A stretch of 61,909 nt of DNA, the filler included. It is 3 parts of 3 records of this genome, joined end to end, with 100 filler letters (N's around TTAATTAATTAA, not from the genome) between each part and the next. Parts side by side here need not be neighbours in the genome. Positions count along the whole stretch, not along the records: positions 1 to 28,855 come from SRR31156797_5994; 2 more parts are not named here. The stretch is one strand, 5' to 3'. Made by a program: the position numbers and the translations under genes. The notes under the pieces were generated by a model. It saw only the letters and a program-made list of their open reading frames with translations, searched no databases and was not told where the DNA came from. Below are positions 11,000 to 22,161 of this stretch, piece after piece. Every line of letters begins with the position of its first letter. Position 1 is the first letter of the stretch.

Positions 11000-11743
11000 T
11001 TAAATTTTAAAAACCTGAACAGACATATCATGATCATCAAAAATCATAAAACCACTTGTACCATTGGCTCGTGTGATTGCAGGAACATGAATTATATCAC
11101 CCTTTTTCACAATATAACTACGACCAAAGCTTCTATTAATTATCGTCTTACCTGAATTAGCCATTAATCCGGCATAATGCCGATGACCAGTGAAACTAAT
11201 GTCTGCATTCAGCTTTTTCATAAAATCTTTATGAGGAATAAATTCATGTGGATCATGATAAAAAACCTGCTCAGAACCTGTTAAATTCGGATATAGATAA
11301 TGCGTAAAAAGAACATGATAATCACCATATTCTCTTACAGCTAATTCTGGAAGATCAAAAAGATAGCTTATATCTGCGTGAGTATATAACGGATTTAGTT
11401 CATCCCTTTCATATAGCCAAACTTTATCTTTAGAAAGCACGCTCCGTTCCCAGTAATCCAATTCATACCATTGCTCCGGATATTCAAATCCACTAAACTT
11501 TGGTGTTCTAAAAGCAGCATGTAAATCATGATTTCCGGGAATAACCAAATCACATTTCTCACGCACCATTCTCAAACATTTCAATGCATTTCTGGAATCT
11601 AAATAATTATGATGTGCAGCACTGTAACCAGATACATCACCCAAACAAATAATCTCATCGCATTGCAAGCGTTCAATTTTTTCTAAAGCCAATTGCAAAT
11701 TGATAATATCCTCATGTATATCTGAAATTAAGGCTACCCGCAT
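11000..11743 (-). CDS. Calcineurin-like metallophosphoesterase
   Basis: ISDIHE, CLGDV, GNHD, FTH and GHRH motifs. Confidence 0.9.
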   Translation of the reverse strand: MRVALISDIHEDIINLQLALEKIERLQCDEIICLGDVSGYSAAHHNYLDSRNALKCLRMVREKCDLVIPGNHDLHAAFRTPKFSGFEYPEQWYELDYWERSVLSKDKVWLYERDELNPLYTHADISYLFDLPELAVREYGDYHVLFTHYLYPNLTGSEQVFYHDPHEFIPHKDFMKKLNADISFTGHRHYAGLMANSGKTIINRSFGRSYIVKKGDIIHVPAITRANGTSGFMIFDDHDMSVQVFKI

Positions 11744-12520
11744 TTATTCCTTGTCTTTTTCAGGTGGAAACATTTTCTGAATGAAGTTACGCTTTTCAAT
11801 GGGTTTTCCCAATAAAATATTGAGGTTATTTTTTGCAGCTAAATTTTGATCCCATAGCTTCAATGCTTGCTCATAGAGTAAAATTGCCTCTTTATATTGT
11901 TCTTTATGCCGATATACGATTCCCAGATTAGTTAATGCCACAGAAAGCCTTCTTTTATTCTCCAACTTGGCCATTTCAATCTCTTCAACACGGTTTTGGA
12001 AATAATCATTTCGTTTATCAATGTCTTGTTCATTTAGGCCTTCAAAAAAATCAGTTTTCACTTGTGTTTCGATGGCTTTTAAGTCTTTATCCTTATAATC
12101 TTCAAGCCAGGTGTTATACACGCTAATTGCCCTCTGCAAATGCAACTCACTTAACTCCAATAAGGAATCTATTGTAAGAATATTTACTCCATCGAAACTA
12201 AAAGATTGAATTGAATCCTGGATTGCCATGGTAAGGTAGGCTGCCCCCCTATTATTATCCAAAACTGCCAATTCATAGGAGTTACGATAATGTGGGATAG
12301 CTTTATAAATATCTTCTACAGAATCTAGCATTGCAAATACTGATTCATAATCGTTGGCCGAAGCATATTGATCATAACGATCATAAATTTTACGTGCCTC
12401 AACCACTCGTGGATCAACTTTTTTGTTTTCCATTCCATAGTAAAACGAGGCAATGCCAAAGGCTACAAGTGCAAGAGCACCCATTATAATAATGAGTGCT
12501 CTTCTATTTAATTTAATCAT
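11744..12520 (-). CDS. Membrane-anchored TPR protein
   Basis: N-terminal TM; NNRGAAY and TNLGIVYRH..EAILLYEQALK TPR motifs. Confidence 0.8.
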   Translation of the reverse strand: MIKLNRRALIIIMGALALVAFGIASFYYGMENKKVDPRVVEARKIYDRYDQYASANDYESVFAMLDSVEDIYKAIPHYRNSYELAVLDNNRGAAYLTMAIQDSIQSFSFDGVNILTIDSLLELSELHLQRAISVYNTWLEDYKDKDLKAIETQVKTDFFEGLNEQDIDKRNDYFQNRVEEIEMAKLENKRRLSVALTNLGIVYRHKEQYKEAILLYEQALKLWDQNLAAKNNLNILLGKPIEKRNFIQKMFPPEKDKE

Positions 12521-12523
12521 ATA

Positions 12524-14194
12524 TTAACTATGTACTTTTTCAACTAAGAATTTGCGGATTTCCAATGGTGTTTTGGCAGTCATTTTCGACACAACAATAT
12601 TAGTTAATATCGATAATGGAGCACCGATCCATGCGAAATACCATGCTTGCAAGTAATATCCTACAAACTCAGCAAATGGTAATTCAATACCTTGTTTACC
12701 TGCAATAAAGTATGCAATAGCAATCACAGAAACTAAGCCACCCATGATTAGTCCGGCAATGGCACCTTGACGGTTTGAACCACTCCACCAAATTCCAAGT
12801 AAGAACAATGGGAAAATGGTACAACCGGCCAATGAGAATGCCACAGCAACTAACTCACCAATCAATCCAAGTTCCAGAATCGCAATCAAAATCACAATAA
12901 TAGCCATTAAAATAGTTCCCATTCTGGCCATTGTCATCTGTAATTTTGGCGAAGCCTTAGGATTAATCACTTTTACGTATAAATCGTGACTAAATGCAGA
13001 TGCTCCTGCTACCAGCAGACCAGACACAGTTGAGAATGCCGCAGAAACACCTCCTGCTGCAAGCAGACCAACAATTAATGGATTTATATCTCCCAATTGA
13101 GCTGTATACACCACAATGGCATCTTTAGCAAGCTTTCCTACTTCTGGGTTTGCTGATAAAATTTTACCTAATGCTGAATATACAGGTGCGCTCCAATATA
13201 ATACACATATGAAAAACAATCCCCATACAACAGACCAACGAGCATCACTTGCCTTAGGTACAATATAAAAGCGTTGTAATACGTGAGGTAATCCTGCAGT
13301 ACCAATCATTAATGAGAATGCAATAGCCATCCACTGGAAAAATGTTTTACCTGTTGAAGGATCCCAAGGCATGGCGTACTCAGGCGATGGGACTATGGCA
13401 TAATCGTGCCCCATGGAATTGACCATACCGGCAATATCGCTCACTGGCACCCCCTGAACCACGTCTGTTACAACTGAACCATAACCAATTTGAGGTAATA
13501 CCCAGAAATAATCAAATTTGAACATTAATATGAACAAAGGAATTAGGAATGATATAATAATAATCACATACTGAATCTGCATGTTTTTAGTTACACCCAA
13601 CATACCTGAAATCAATGTATAGGTTAAAACTACTGATCCTCCAATGACTACAGCCCATTGATAATCAAGGCCCATAATCCACTTAAACATCAATCCAATA
13701 CCAACAAACTGACCCACACAATATGAGATGGAAATCAGAATAGCAATAATGGCACCTACGGCACGCATTGTTTGAGAATAATAGCGATCACCAATAAAAT
13801 CAGCAGCAGTATATTTTCCATACTTCCGAATTTGTCCGGCCATCAGCACTAATAAAAGTACATAACCACCTGTCCATCCTACCACATAAGCTAACCCGTG
13901 ATAGCCTGAACCATACATAAGTGCAGCCATTCCTAAGAAAGATGCAGCACTCATCCAGTTAGAAGCAATGGCCATACCGGAACCAACTTTTGAAATGCTT
14001 CGCCCGGCAGCATAAAAGTCTGTAGTGTCTTTAGCGCGGAAAAATATCCCTACCAACACAAAAGTAACTAGAATTGCAATTAAAATAATTGAAGGTCCCA
14101 CTTTAAAACCTCCCTCAAGTTGAGTTGCCCCCACAGCAGCTTGTGCCAGTGTAGGCAGTAACAATATAATGAGTGGTATAATAAATTTCTTCAT
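12524..14194 (-). CDS. actP: Sodium:solute symporter, cation/acetate symporter (ActP-like)
   Basis: FYAAGR, GMAIASNWMSAASFLG, GTAGLPHVLQRFY; adjacent DUF4212 gene. Confidence 0.85.
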   Translation of the reverse strand: MKKFIIPLIILLLPTLAQAAVGATQLEGGFKVGPSIILIAILVTFVLVGIFFRAKDTTDFYAAGRSISKVGSGMAIASNWMSAASFLGMAALMYGSGYHGLAYVVGWTGGYVLLLVLMAGQIRKYGKYTAADFIGDRYYSQTMRAVGAIIAILISISYCVGQFVGIGLMFKWIMGLDYQWAVVIGGSVVLTYTLISGMLGVTKNMQIQYVIIIISFLIPLFILMFKFDYFWVLPQIGYGSVVTDVVQGVPVSDIAGMVNSMGHDYAIVPSPEYAMPWDPSTGKTFFQWMAIAFSLMIGTAGLPHVLQRFYIVPKASDARWSVVWGLFFICVLYWSAPVYSALGKILSANPEVGKLAKDAIVVYTAQLGDINPLIVGLLAAGGVSAAFSTVSGLLVAGASAFSHDLYVKVINPKASPKLQMTMARMGTILMAIIVILIAILELGLIGELVAVAFSLAGCTIFPLFLLGIWWSGSNRQGAIAGLIMGGLVSVIAIAYFIAGKQGIELPFAEFVGYYLQAWYFAWIGAPLSILTNIVVSKMTAKTPLEIRKFLVEKVHS

Positions 14195-14215
14195 AATTTC
14201 GATTTTGAGGAGTAA

Positions 14216-14965
14216 TTATTCGTAAATACCGAGTTTTTTATTGATACGATCCGTTGAGTAACTGTAAAACCAGCAGATTCCGATAAAAAGAATCAACAAA
14301 AATACAGCTGTATAAAAATAGTGGAAAGGAAATCCGAGGAATTTCATATCTGTTAGTACAGATTGATTGTGGATTGTATACAAAGGCATTGCAGTAGCAA
14401 CTATAGCCTTTTGTTCTTCAGTGAAGTTATCTATCATATTACTTCTTAACTCCAACGGAAGAAATTTAGCTATGAGCTCATTGGATTTAAGCCCAATTGG
14501 CACAATCGCAAGTGCAGCTAATTTCTGCTTTGCCTTTTGGTATTTCTCTTCAGTAAGTACTTCAACCTCTTTAGCGACCTTCTCAAAATCTATCAATGCT
14601 TCTTTAATGGCTACTTTTTGAGCAGAATCAGCCAGTTTAAATGTAGCCCAGGTTAATCCATTGTTGAGTCCGGCTCTGTGTTCGGGTTTTATAAAAACCT
14701 TACCTGCCACTTGCAATACACTTTTGGCAAATACTTGCAATTCGGCATCAGAGGCATTATCGGCCTTTACATTATCCCACACCTTATTAAACTCAACCAG
14801 TACAGGCTCAGGAGTTGGTTTTTCAATTGCTCTTAATAAAAAATGGAAACCAAACACTCCAATTGCCCATATACTAACCAGGACAACTACTTTGTTTCGA
14901 TTTCTCCTTGCTCTTTCAGTAGTAGGTTTGAAAAAGCTAATGTGAAATTGATTTTCTTCATTCAT
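14216..14965 (-). CDS. DUF4212-family symporter small subunit with large central soluble insertion
   Basis: N-terminal TM and C-terminal FLGFPFHYFY..TM..DRINKKLG; start moved to MNEENQ. Confidence 0.72.
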   Translation of the reverse strand: MNEENQFHISFFKPTTERARRNRNKVVVLVSIWAIGVFGFHFLLRAIEKPTPEPVLVEFNKVWDNVKADNASDAELQVFAKSVLQVAGKVFIKPEHRAGLNNGLTWATFKLADSAQKVAIKEALIDFEKVAKEVEVLTEEKYQKAKQKLAALAIVPIGLKSNELIAKFLPLELRSNMIDNFTEEQKAIVATAMPLYTIHNQSVLTDMKFLGFPFHYFYTAVFLLILFIGICWFYSYSTDRINKKLGIYE

Positions 14966-15164
14966 GACGCAGTATTTAGTGTTTTTCGGGGCTAAATATA
15001 TGGCATAATTAGCAGATAATTGCACTGGAATGAAACCATTCTATTTATCCTGATATCTAGATGTTTGCAGAAACATTACTATTTGCGGAGTTGGAAGTCT
15101 GAAATTCCATATTATAACCATTTTATTGCTTACGCTTTAATTCTTTCAACTAAATTTGCTGATA

Positions 15165-16325
15165 ATGAAAAAGGTAATTAATACGGAAAATAAACCAATT
15201 AAACTGTGGTTGGAAAACATAGAAGAAGGGGCACTTCAGCAAGCAAAAAACCTTGCTAATCTTCCTTTTACTTTCAGACATATCCCAATCATGCCAGACA
15301 GTCATCAAGGATATGGAATGCCAATTGGGTCCATCTTAGCAACTGAAGGAGTAGTTGTGCCAAATGCTGTAGGAGTTGATATTGGATGCGGAATGTGTGC
15401 CATGCCAACTACCCTTAAAAAACTTAATATAAAGCAGCTCAAGCAAATATTAGGAATTGCACGCGAATTGATACCTGTAGGATTCAAATGGCATAAAAAT
15501 GCACAAGATATATCCTATATGCCTGAAAAAAAGACTGAGTTACCCATTGTGCAGGAAGAATACAATAATGCAACCCACCAAATTGGCACACTTGGAGGTG
15601 GCAATCATTTTATCGAAATTCAAAAAGGATCTGACGGTTTCATATGGATCATGATTCACTCCGGAAGTCGCAATTTGGGAATGAACGTAGCAAAGCATTA
15701 CAACAGTATCGCGAAGAAATTGAATGAACAATATTATTCTTCGGTTACAAAAGACAAAGACCTGGCATTTTTACATCTGGAAACACCAGAAGCAAAACTA
15801 TACTTAGATGAAATGCAATATTGTGTGGATTTTGCTTTTGCCAATCGAAAACTTATGATGGAACGAATGATGAATGCTATCGAAAATGTTATGGGTGATT
15901 TTGGGACCGGTGACATCATTAATAAGTCACACAACTTTGCTGCATGGGAAAATCATTTTAACAAAAATGTGTTGGTTCATCGTAAAGGAGCCACTCGAGC
16001 TTTTGAAAACGAATTAGGTATGATACCCGGCTCACAGGGAACTAAATCATACATTATAAAAGGACTGGGGAACCCCGAAAGCTTCAAATCATGCTCTCAT
16101 GGTGCTGGTAGAAAAATGGGCAGAAAACAAGCCCAACGAAACTTGGATCTAAAAAAAGAAATTGCCAAAATGGAAAAGCAAGGAATTGTACATGGCATTA
16201 GACACGCCAGGGATTTGGATGAAGCACCCGGAGCGTACAAGGATATCCATGAAGTGATGGAGAATCAGAAAGATTTAGCAGAAATTGTTGTTGAATTAAA
16301 CCCATTGGCAGTTTTGAAAGGATAA
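15165..16325 (+). CDS. rtcB: RtcB family RNA ligase
   Basis: MPDSHQGYG, VGVDIGCG, GTLGGGNHFIE, HSGSR, HRKGAT, SHGAGR, DEAPGAYK. Confidence 0.95.
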   Translation: MKKVINTENKPIKLWLENIEEGALQQAKNLANLPFTFRHIPIMPDSHQGYGMPIGSILATEGVVVPNAVGVDIGCGMCAMPTTLKKLNIKQLKQILGIARELIPVGFKWHKNAQDISYMPEKKTELPIVQEEYNNATHQIGTLGGGNHFIEIQKGSDGFIWIMIHSGSRNLGMNVAKHYNSIAKKLNEQYYSSVTKDKDLAFLHLETPEAKLYLDEMQYCVDFAFANRKLMMERMMNAIENVMGDFGTGDIINKSHNFAAWENHFNKNVLVHRKGATRAFENELGMIPGSQGTKSYIIKGLGNPESFKSCSHGAGRKMGRKQAQRNLDLKKEIAKMEKQGIVHGIRHARDLDEAPGAYKDIHEVMENQKDLAEIVVELNPLAVLKG

Positions 16326-16462
16326 ATTAGTTAATTGGGTTAATTAAGTGATTAGTTGATTAAGCTAAATCACGAAAATTATGAATTGATGAGATTTTGA
16401 TTTACTATCTTTTTAACTCATTTGACTAAATTAACTCAATTAACTTGCTTAACTCAATTACT
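16326..16462. repeat. ~9-nt-period inverted repeat between convergent genes
   Basis: ttagttaattgggttaattaagtgattagttgatt ... ttaactcatttgactaaattaactcaattaacttgcttaactcaatt. Confidence 0.55.
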
Positions 16463-16469
16463 ACAATAA

Positions 16470-16619
16470 TCAGGTCTTTTCATTTTGTTCCTTCTTCTGT
16501 CCAAACTTTAAAATAATCCCACACATTGGTATTGGCAAAATATACAGCCATCGCTTCTTCTTATCCCAAAAGGCACCTACCCATAGGTCGTACCATGCGA
16601 AAATAAATTGAATTTTCAT
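16470..16619 (-). CDS. 49-aa Trp-rich small protein absent from the ORF track
   Basis: Manual translation: MKIQFIFAWYDLWVGAFWDKKKRWLYILPIPMCGIILKFGQKKEQNEKT*. Confidence 0.6.
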   Translation of the reverse strand: MKIQFIFAWYDLWVGAFWDKKKRWLYILPIPMCGIILKFGQKKEQNEKT

Positions 16620-16661
16620 ATGCTTAGATATTAGTTCAATCTATAAAAATACACAAAAACT

Positions 16662-16696
16662 AAAAAGCTGTTTCGGCGGGCGCCGAAACAGCTTTC
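16662..16696 (-). terminator. Strong intrinsic terminator-like hairpin
   Basis: aaagctgtttcggcg-gg-cgccgaaacagcttt perfect stem, U-tract on the minus strand. Confidence 0.7.
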
Positions 16697-16919
16697 TAAA
16701 CTAACTAACTAAAACTACATGTACTACTATTTACTATTTCTGTAAGGGTTACTAACTATGATATAAACGTTGGTTAATTATTTTTGTTTAATCTTTTTTA
16801 ATATTTTTTAAACAAAGCATCACCTTATATTCTATTTTTCGCACCCAGGCTATACTTAATATATTCATTTTCTGCACAATAGCACCATGAAACATATTCT
16901 TTAAAAAATAATATTTTAA

Positions 16920-19022
<2,103 letters not shown>

Positions 19023-19025
<3 letters not shown>

Positions 19026-19114
19026 AGACGCACTATAGTACGTCTCTTTTATAGACTTTTTATAGTAAGTCTATAAAAAACTTGCAGTAAAGACCGGCTA
19101 TAGCGCGTCTCAAC
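19023..19114. repeat. REP-like palindromes (GTAxAGAC...GTCTCxAC type) around a third hairpin
   Basis: taaagacgcactatagtacgtctct; tttatagact..agtctataaa; gtaaagaccggctatagcgcgtctcaac. Confidence 0.55.
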
Positions 19115-19139
19115 GGTATATAACCTTAAAAAAAAGACT

Positions 19140-20012
19140 ATGAAATACTTCACACTCATCACTTTTCTGTTTTTATCTAGTATTCTGATGGCCCAGCAGC
19201 CCCATTCTTATGAGATATACGACATCAAAGGTAAACAGATTAAATGGGACAAAATGGCCAAAGACCTTGAAGATCAGGATTTAGTTTTCTTTGGTGAATT
19301 ACACAATAGCGCCATTGCCCATTGGCTACAATTGGAGTTAACTCACAAACTATTCGACCTAAAAAAAGGTAAATTGGCTCTTGGTGCAGAAATGTTTGAA
19401 GCTGATAATCAAGTACTCATCAATGAATATTTTGAAGATCTCATAGCTAACAAAAACTTTGAAGATGAGGCACGAATATGGCCCAACTACAAAACAGATT
19501 ATAAGCCACTACTGGAATTTGCTAAAACAAAAAAGATTCCATTTATAGCTACCAACGTACCACGCAGATACGCCTCAATGGTTAATAAACAAGGAGTGGA
19601 AAAATTAAATGATCTTTCTGATGAAGCTAAAGCATGGTTACCTCCTCTACCATTTCCCATAGATTTGGAATTACCTGGTTATGCCAACATGTTAAAAATG
19701 GCTGCACATATGCCAGGTAAAAAAGGTGGTGCAGAAAATTTAGCCAAAGCGCAAGCATTAAAAGATGCTACCATGGCACATTTCATCACACAAAATCTGG
19801 AAACAGGACTTACCTTTCTACATTATAATGGAGCTTACCACTCAGATAACCACGAAGGTATAGTATGGTATATGAAACAATACGCTCCTGAAGCTACAAT
19901 TAAAACAATAACCACAGTAACGCAAGCTGATGTGTCAAAAATTGAAGAAGAGCACATTGGAAAAGCTGACTATGTGATTGTAGTGAATGAAAGAGTAACA
20001 AATACCTATTAA
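19140..20012 (+). CDS. ChaN/PhuW-like secreted haem-uptake family protein
   Basis: FFGELH, GAEMFE, WPNYKTDYKPL, ATNVPRR, AQALKDATMA, NGAYHS. Confidence 0.8.
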   Translation: MKYFTLITFLFLSSILMAQQPHSYEIYDIKGKQIKWDKMAKDLEDQDLVFFGELHNSAIAHWLQLELTHKLFDLKKGKLALGAEMFEADNQVLINEYFEDLIANKNFEDEARIWPNYKTDYKPLLEFAKTKKIPFIATNVPRRYASMVNKQGVEKLNDLSDEAKAWLPPLPFPIDLELPGYANMLKMAAHMPGKKGGAENLAKAQALKDATMAHFITQNLETGLTFLHYNGAYHSDNHEGIVWYMKQYAPEATIKTITTVTQADVSKIEEEHIGKADYVIVVNERVTNTY

Positions 20013-20133
20013 AAATCACAAATTCCAGTATCCAAATTACAAAAAGCTGCGTTCATTTATAATTTGGAATTTGAACATTTGGAATCTGGTCTTTTGTATT
20101 TTGATTATTTGAAATTTAGGTTTCTGGAATTTT
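20013..20133. repeat. 7-8-nt-period repeat with inverted arm (AAATTCC / GGAATTT)
   Basis: aaatcacaaattccagtatccaaattacaaa ... ttggaatttgaacatttggaatctgg ... tctggaattt. Confidence 0.55.
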
Positions 20134-20163
20134 GTTACATTTGTGGTTGCTTTATTGAAAAAT

Positions 20164-20949
20164 ATGGAAAAAATAATTGTAATAACGGGCGCGTCAAGTG
20201 GCATCGGCAAAGCACTATCCCTTGAATATGCAGAAAAAGGACATCATCTTATTTTAGCTGCTTTAGGTAAAAAAGATTTGGACGAAACTGCAAAAGCTTG
20301 CGAACAAAAAGGTGCAAAAACCACAGCCATTGAATTTAATTTGCTTGAGTCAGAATCTATTCAAAATCTAACCGATCAAATTAAAGCGAATCATGATCAT
20401 ATAGACCGCTTAGTGCATGTCAGTGGTATAAGTCAGCGGGCGCGAGCTGATGAGTCCAGTATTGACGTAGACCGAAAAATAATGGAAATCAATTACTTTG
20501 GAGCAATAACGCTAACTAAGCAATTATTACCATTATTAATGAAATCCAAAGCGCCTAAAATTGGTGTAACAAGTAGCATTAGTGGCAAATTTGGTTTTCC
20601 ATTGCGCACAGCATATGCAGCCTCTAAATTTGCATTGCACGGTTTCTTTGAATCATTGCGACTGGAACACTGGGATGATGGAATGACTGTTACAATCATG
20701 TGTCCGGGACGTGTAAATACGCCTATTTCAAAAAGTTCACTGGATGGATCGGGTAAAGCCCGTGGTGTAATGGATCCAGGCCAGGCTAATGGCATTCCGG
20801 CCGAAAAATGCGCACAAAAAATGCGACGTTCCATAGAAAAAGGTAAAAAAGAAGTATTTATAGGTGGAAAAGAAATTTTGATGGTTTATTTCAAAAAATA
20901 TTTACCACCCCTATTTTATAAAATAGCAAGAAAAACAAATCCAAAATAA
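20164..20949 (+). CDS. SDR family oxidoreductase
   Basis: TGASSGIG, YAASK, CPG. Confidence 0.92.
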   Translation: MEKIIVITGASSGIGKALSLEYAEKGHHLILAALGKKDLDETAKACEQKGAKTTAIEFNLLESESIQNLTDQIKANHDHIDRLVHVSGISQRARADESSIDVDRKIMEINYFGAITLTKQLLPLLMKSKAPKIGVTSSISGKFGFPLRTAYAASKFALHGFFESLRLEHWDDGMTVTIMCPGRVNTPISKSSLDGSGKARGVMDPGQANGIPAEKCAQKMRRSIEKGKKEVFIGGKEILMVYFKKYLPPLFYKIARKTNPK

Positions 20950-20957
20950 AAAGTATC

Positions 20958-22025
20958 ATGGGTAAAATCATTTCAGGAATACAACAGATGGGAGTTGGCG
21001 TGCCCAACTTTAAGGAGGCTTTTAATTGGTATATTAAAAACTTCCACATGAACATAAAGATTTTTGAGGAAGAGGCAGTGGCAGAACTCATGTTACCTCA
21101 TACTGATGGTGAAACACGCAAACGAATTGCAGCACTAGCCATTAATATGGAAGGTGGTGGCGGATTTGAAATTTGGCAGCATACCGGAAAAACACCTGCA
21201 ATGAAAGAAAAATCACTACGTTTAGGAGACCTGGGTATTAACATCGCCAAACTTAAAACAAGACATATTGAATCTGCTTTCAATGAAATGAAAAAAAATA
21301 AGGTTGAGTTGTTAGGAAAAATTACGACTACCCCTGCCGGAGCAAAGCATTTCTTTGTAAAAGACCCTTATGAAAATATTTTTGAGATCATAGAGGCCAA
21401 AGAGTATTTCAAAAAAAGAAATCCGACTGGTGGCGTCTATGGTGCTGTTATTGGGGTAAAGAACGTTGAAGAGTCTCTCAAGATATACAAAGACTTGTTG
21501 CAATATGATCAAATAGCATCTGATGTGACCGGACATTTCGATGATTTTAAAGTATTACCGGGCGGACATGAAGAGGTACGTCGTGTGTTACTCAGACACC
21601 GAGAACCTAGAAAAGGAGCATTTGCTCCAATGTTTGGTCCAACCGAAATTGAGCTAGTTGAGGTAAAAACGCGGACACCAGAAGATATTTTTGAAGGCCG
21701 CATTTGGGGTGATCCCGGATTTATTCACCTATGTTTTGACATTCAGGGAATGGATGCCATGCGTGAAGAGTGCGAAAGCAAAGGATTCCCATTTACAGTA
21801 GACTCACAGCGCGATAATCCAAGTTTCGATATGGGTGAGGCAGCAGGAAGCTTCTCATATATTCAAGCACCGGAAGGCACATTAATTGAATTCGTAGAAA
21901 CGCATAAAGTGCCTTTGGTTAAAAAATGGAACTGGTATTTGAACCTTCAGAAACGTAAACCTGAAAAACCACTCCCACGCTTTATTTTGAGCGCCATGGG
22001 AATGAATAAAGTTGAAGAAGTTTAA
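20958..22025 (+). CDS. VOC/glyoxalase family protein (two domains)
   Basis: QQMGVGV, FVKDPYENIFE, GFIHLCFD, APEGTLIEFVE. Confidence 0.82.
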   Translation: MGKIISGIQQMGVGVPNFKEAFNWYIKNFHMNIKIFEEEAVAELMLPHTDGETRKRIAALAINMEGGGGFEIWQHTGKTPAMKEKSLRLGDLGINIAKLKTRHIESAFNEMKKNKVELLGKITTTPAGAKHFFVKDPYENIFEIIEAKEYFKKRNPTGGVYGAVIGVKNVEESLKIYKDLLQYDQIASDVTGHFDDFKVLPGGHEEVRRVLLRHREPRKGAFAPMFGPTEIELVEVKTRTPEDIFEGRIWGDPGFIHLCFDIQGMDAMREECESKGFPFTVDSQRDNPSFDMGEAAGSFSYIQAPEGTLIEFVETHKVPLVKKWNWYLNLQKRKPEKPLPRFILSAMGMNKVEEV

Positions 22026-22042
22026 CCCTTCTATATTTTATA

Positions 22043-22075
22043 AAAAGGTCACAGCAATGTGGCCTTTTTTATTTT
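22043..22075 (+). terminator. Intrinsic terminator
   Basis: aaaaaggtcacagcaatgtggcctttttt. Confidence 0.75.
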
Positions 22076-22161
22076 CTACATATCTATAAAACGTTATAAG
22101 TTTTACAAGTCAAAGGTTTGTTTTATATTTGATAGCTAATTAATATCTCAAATCTTTTGTT

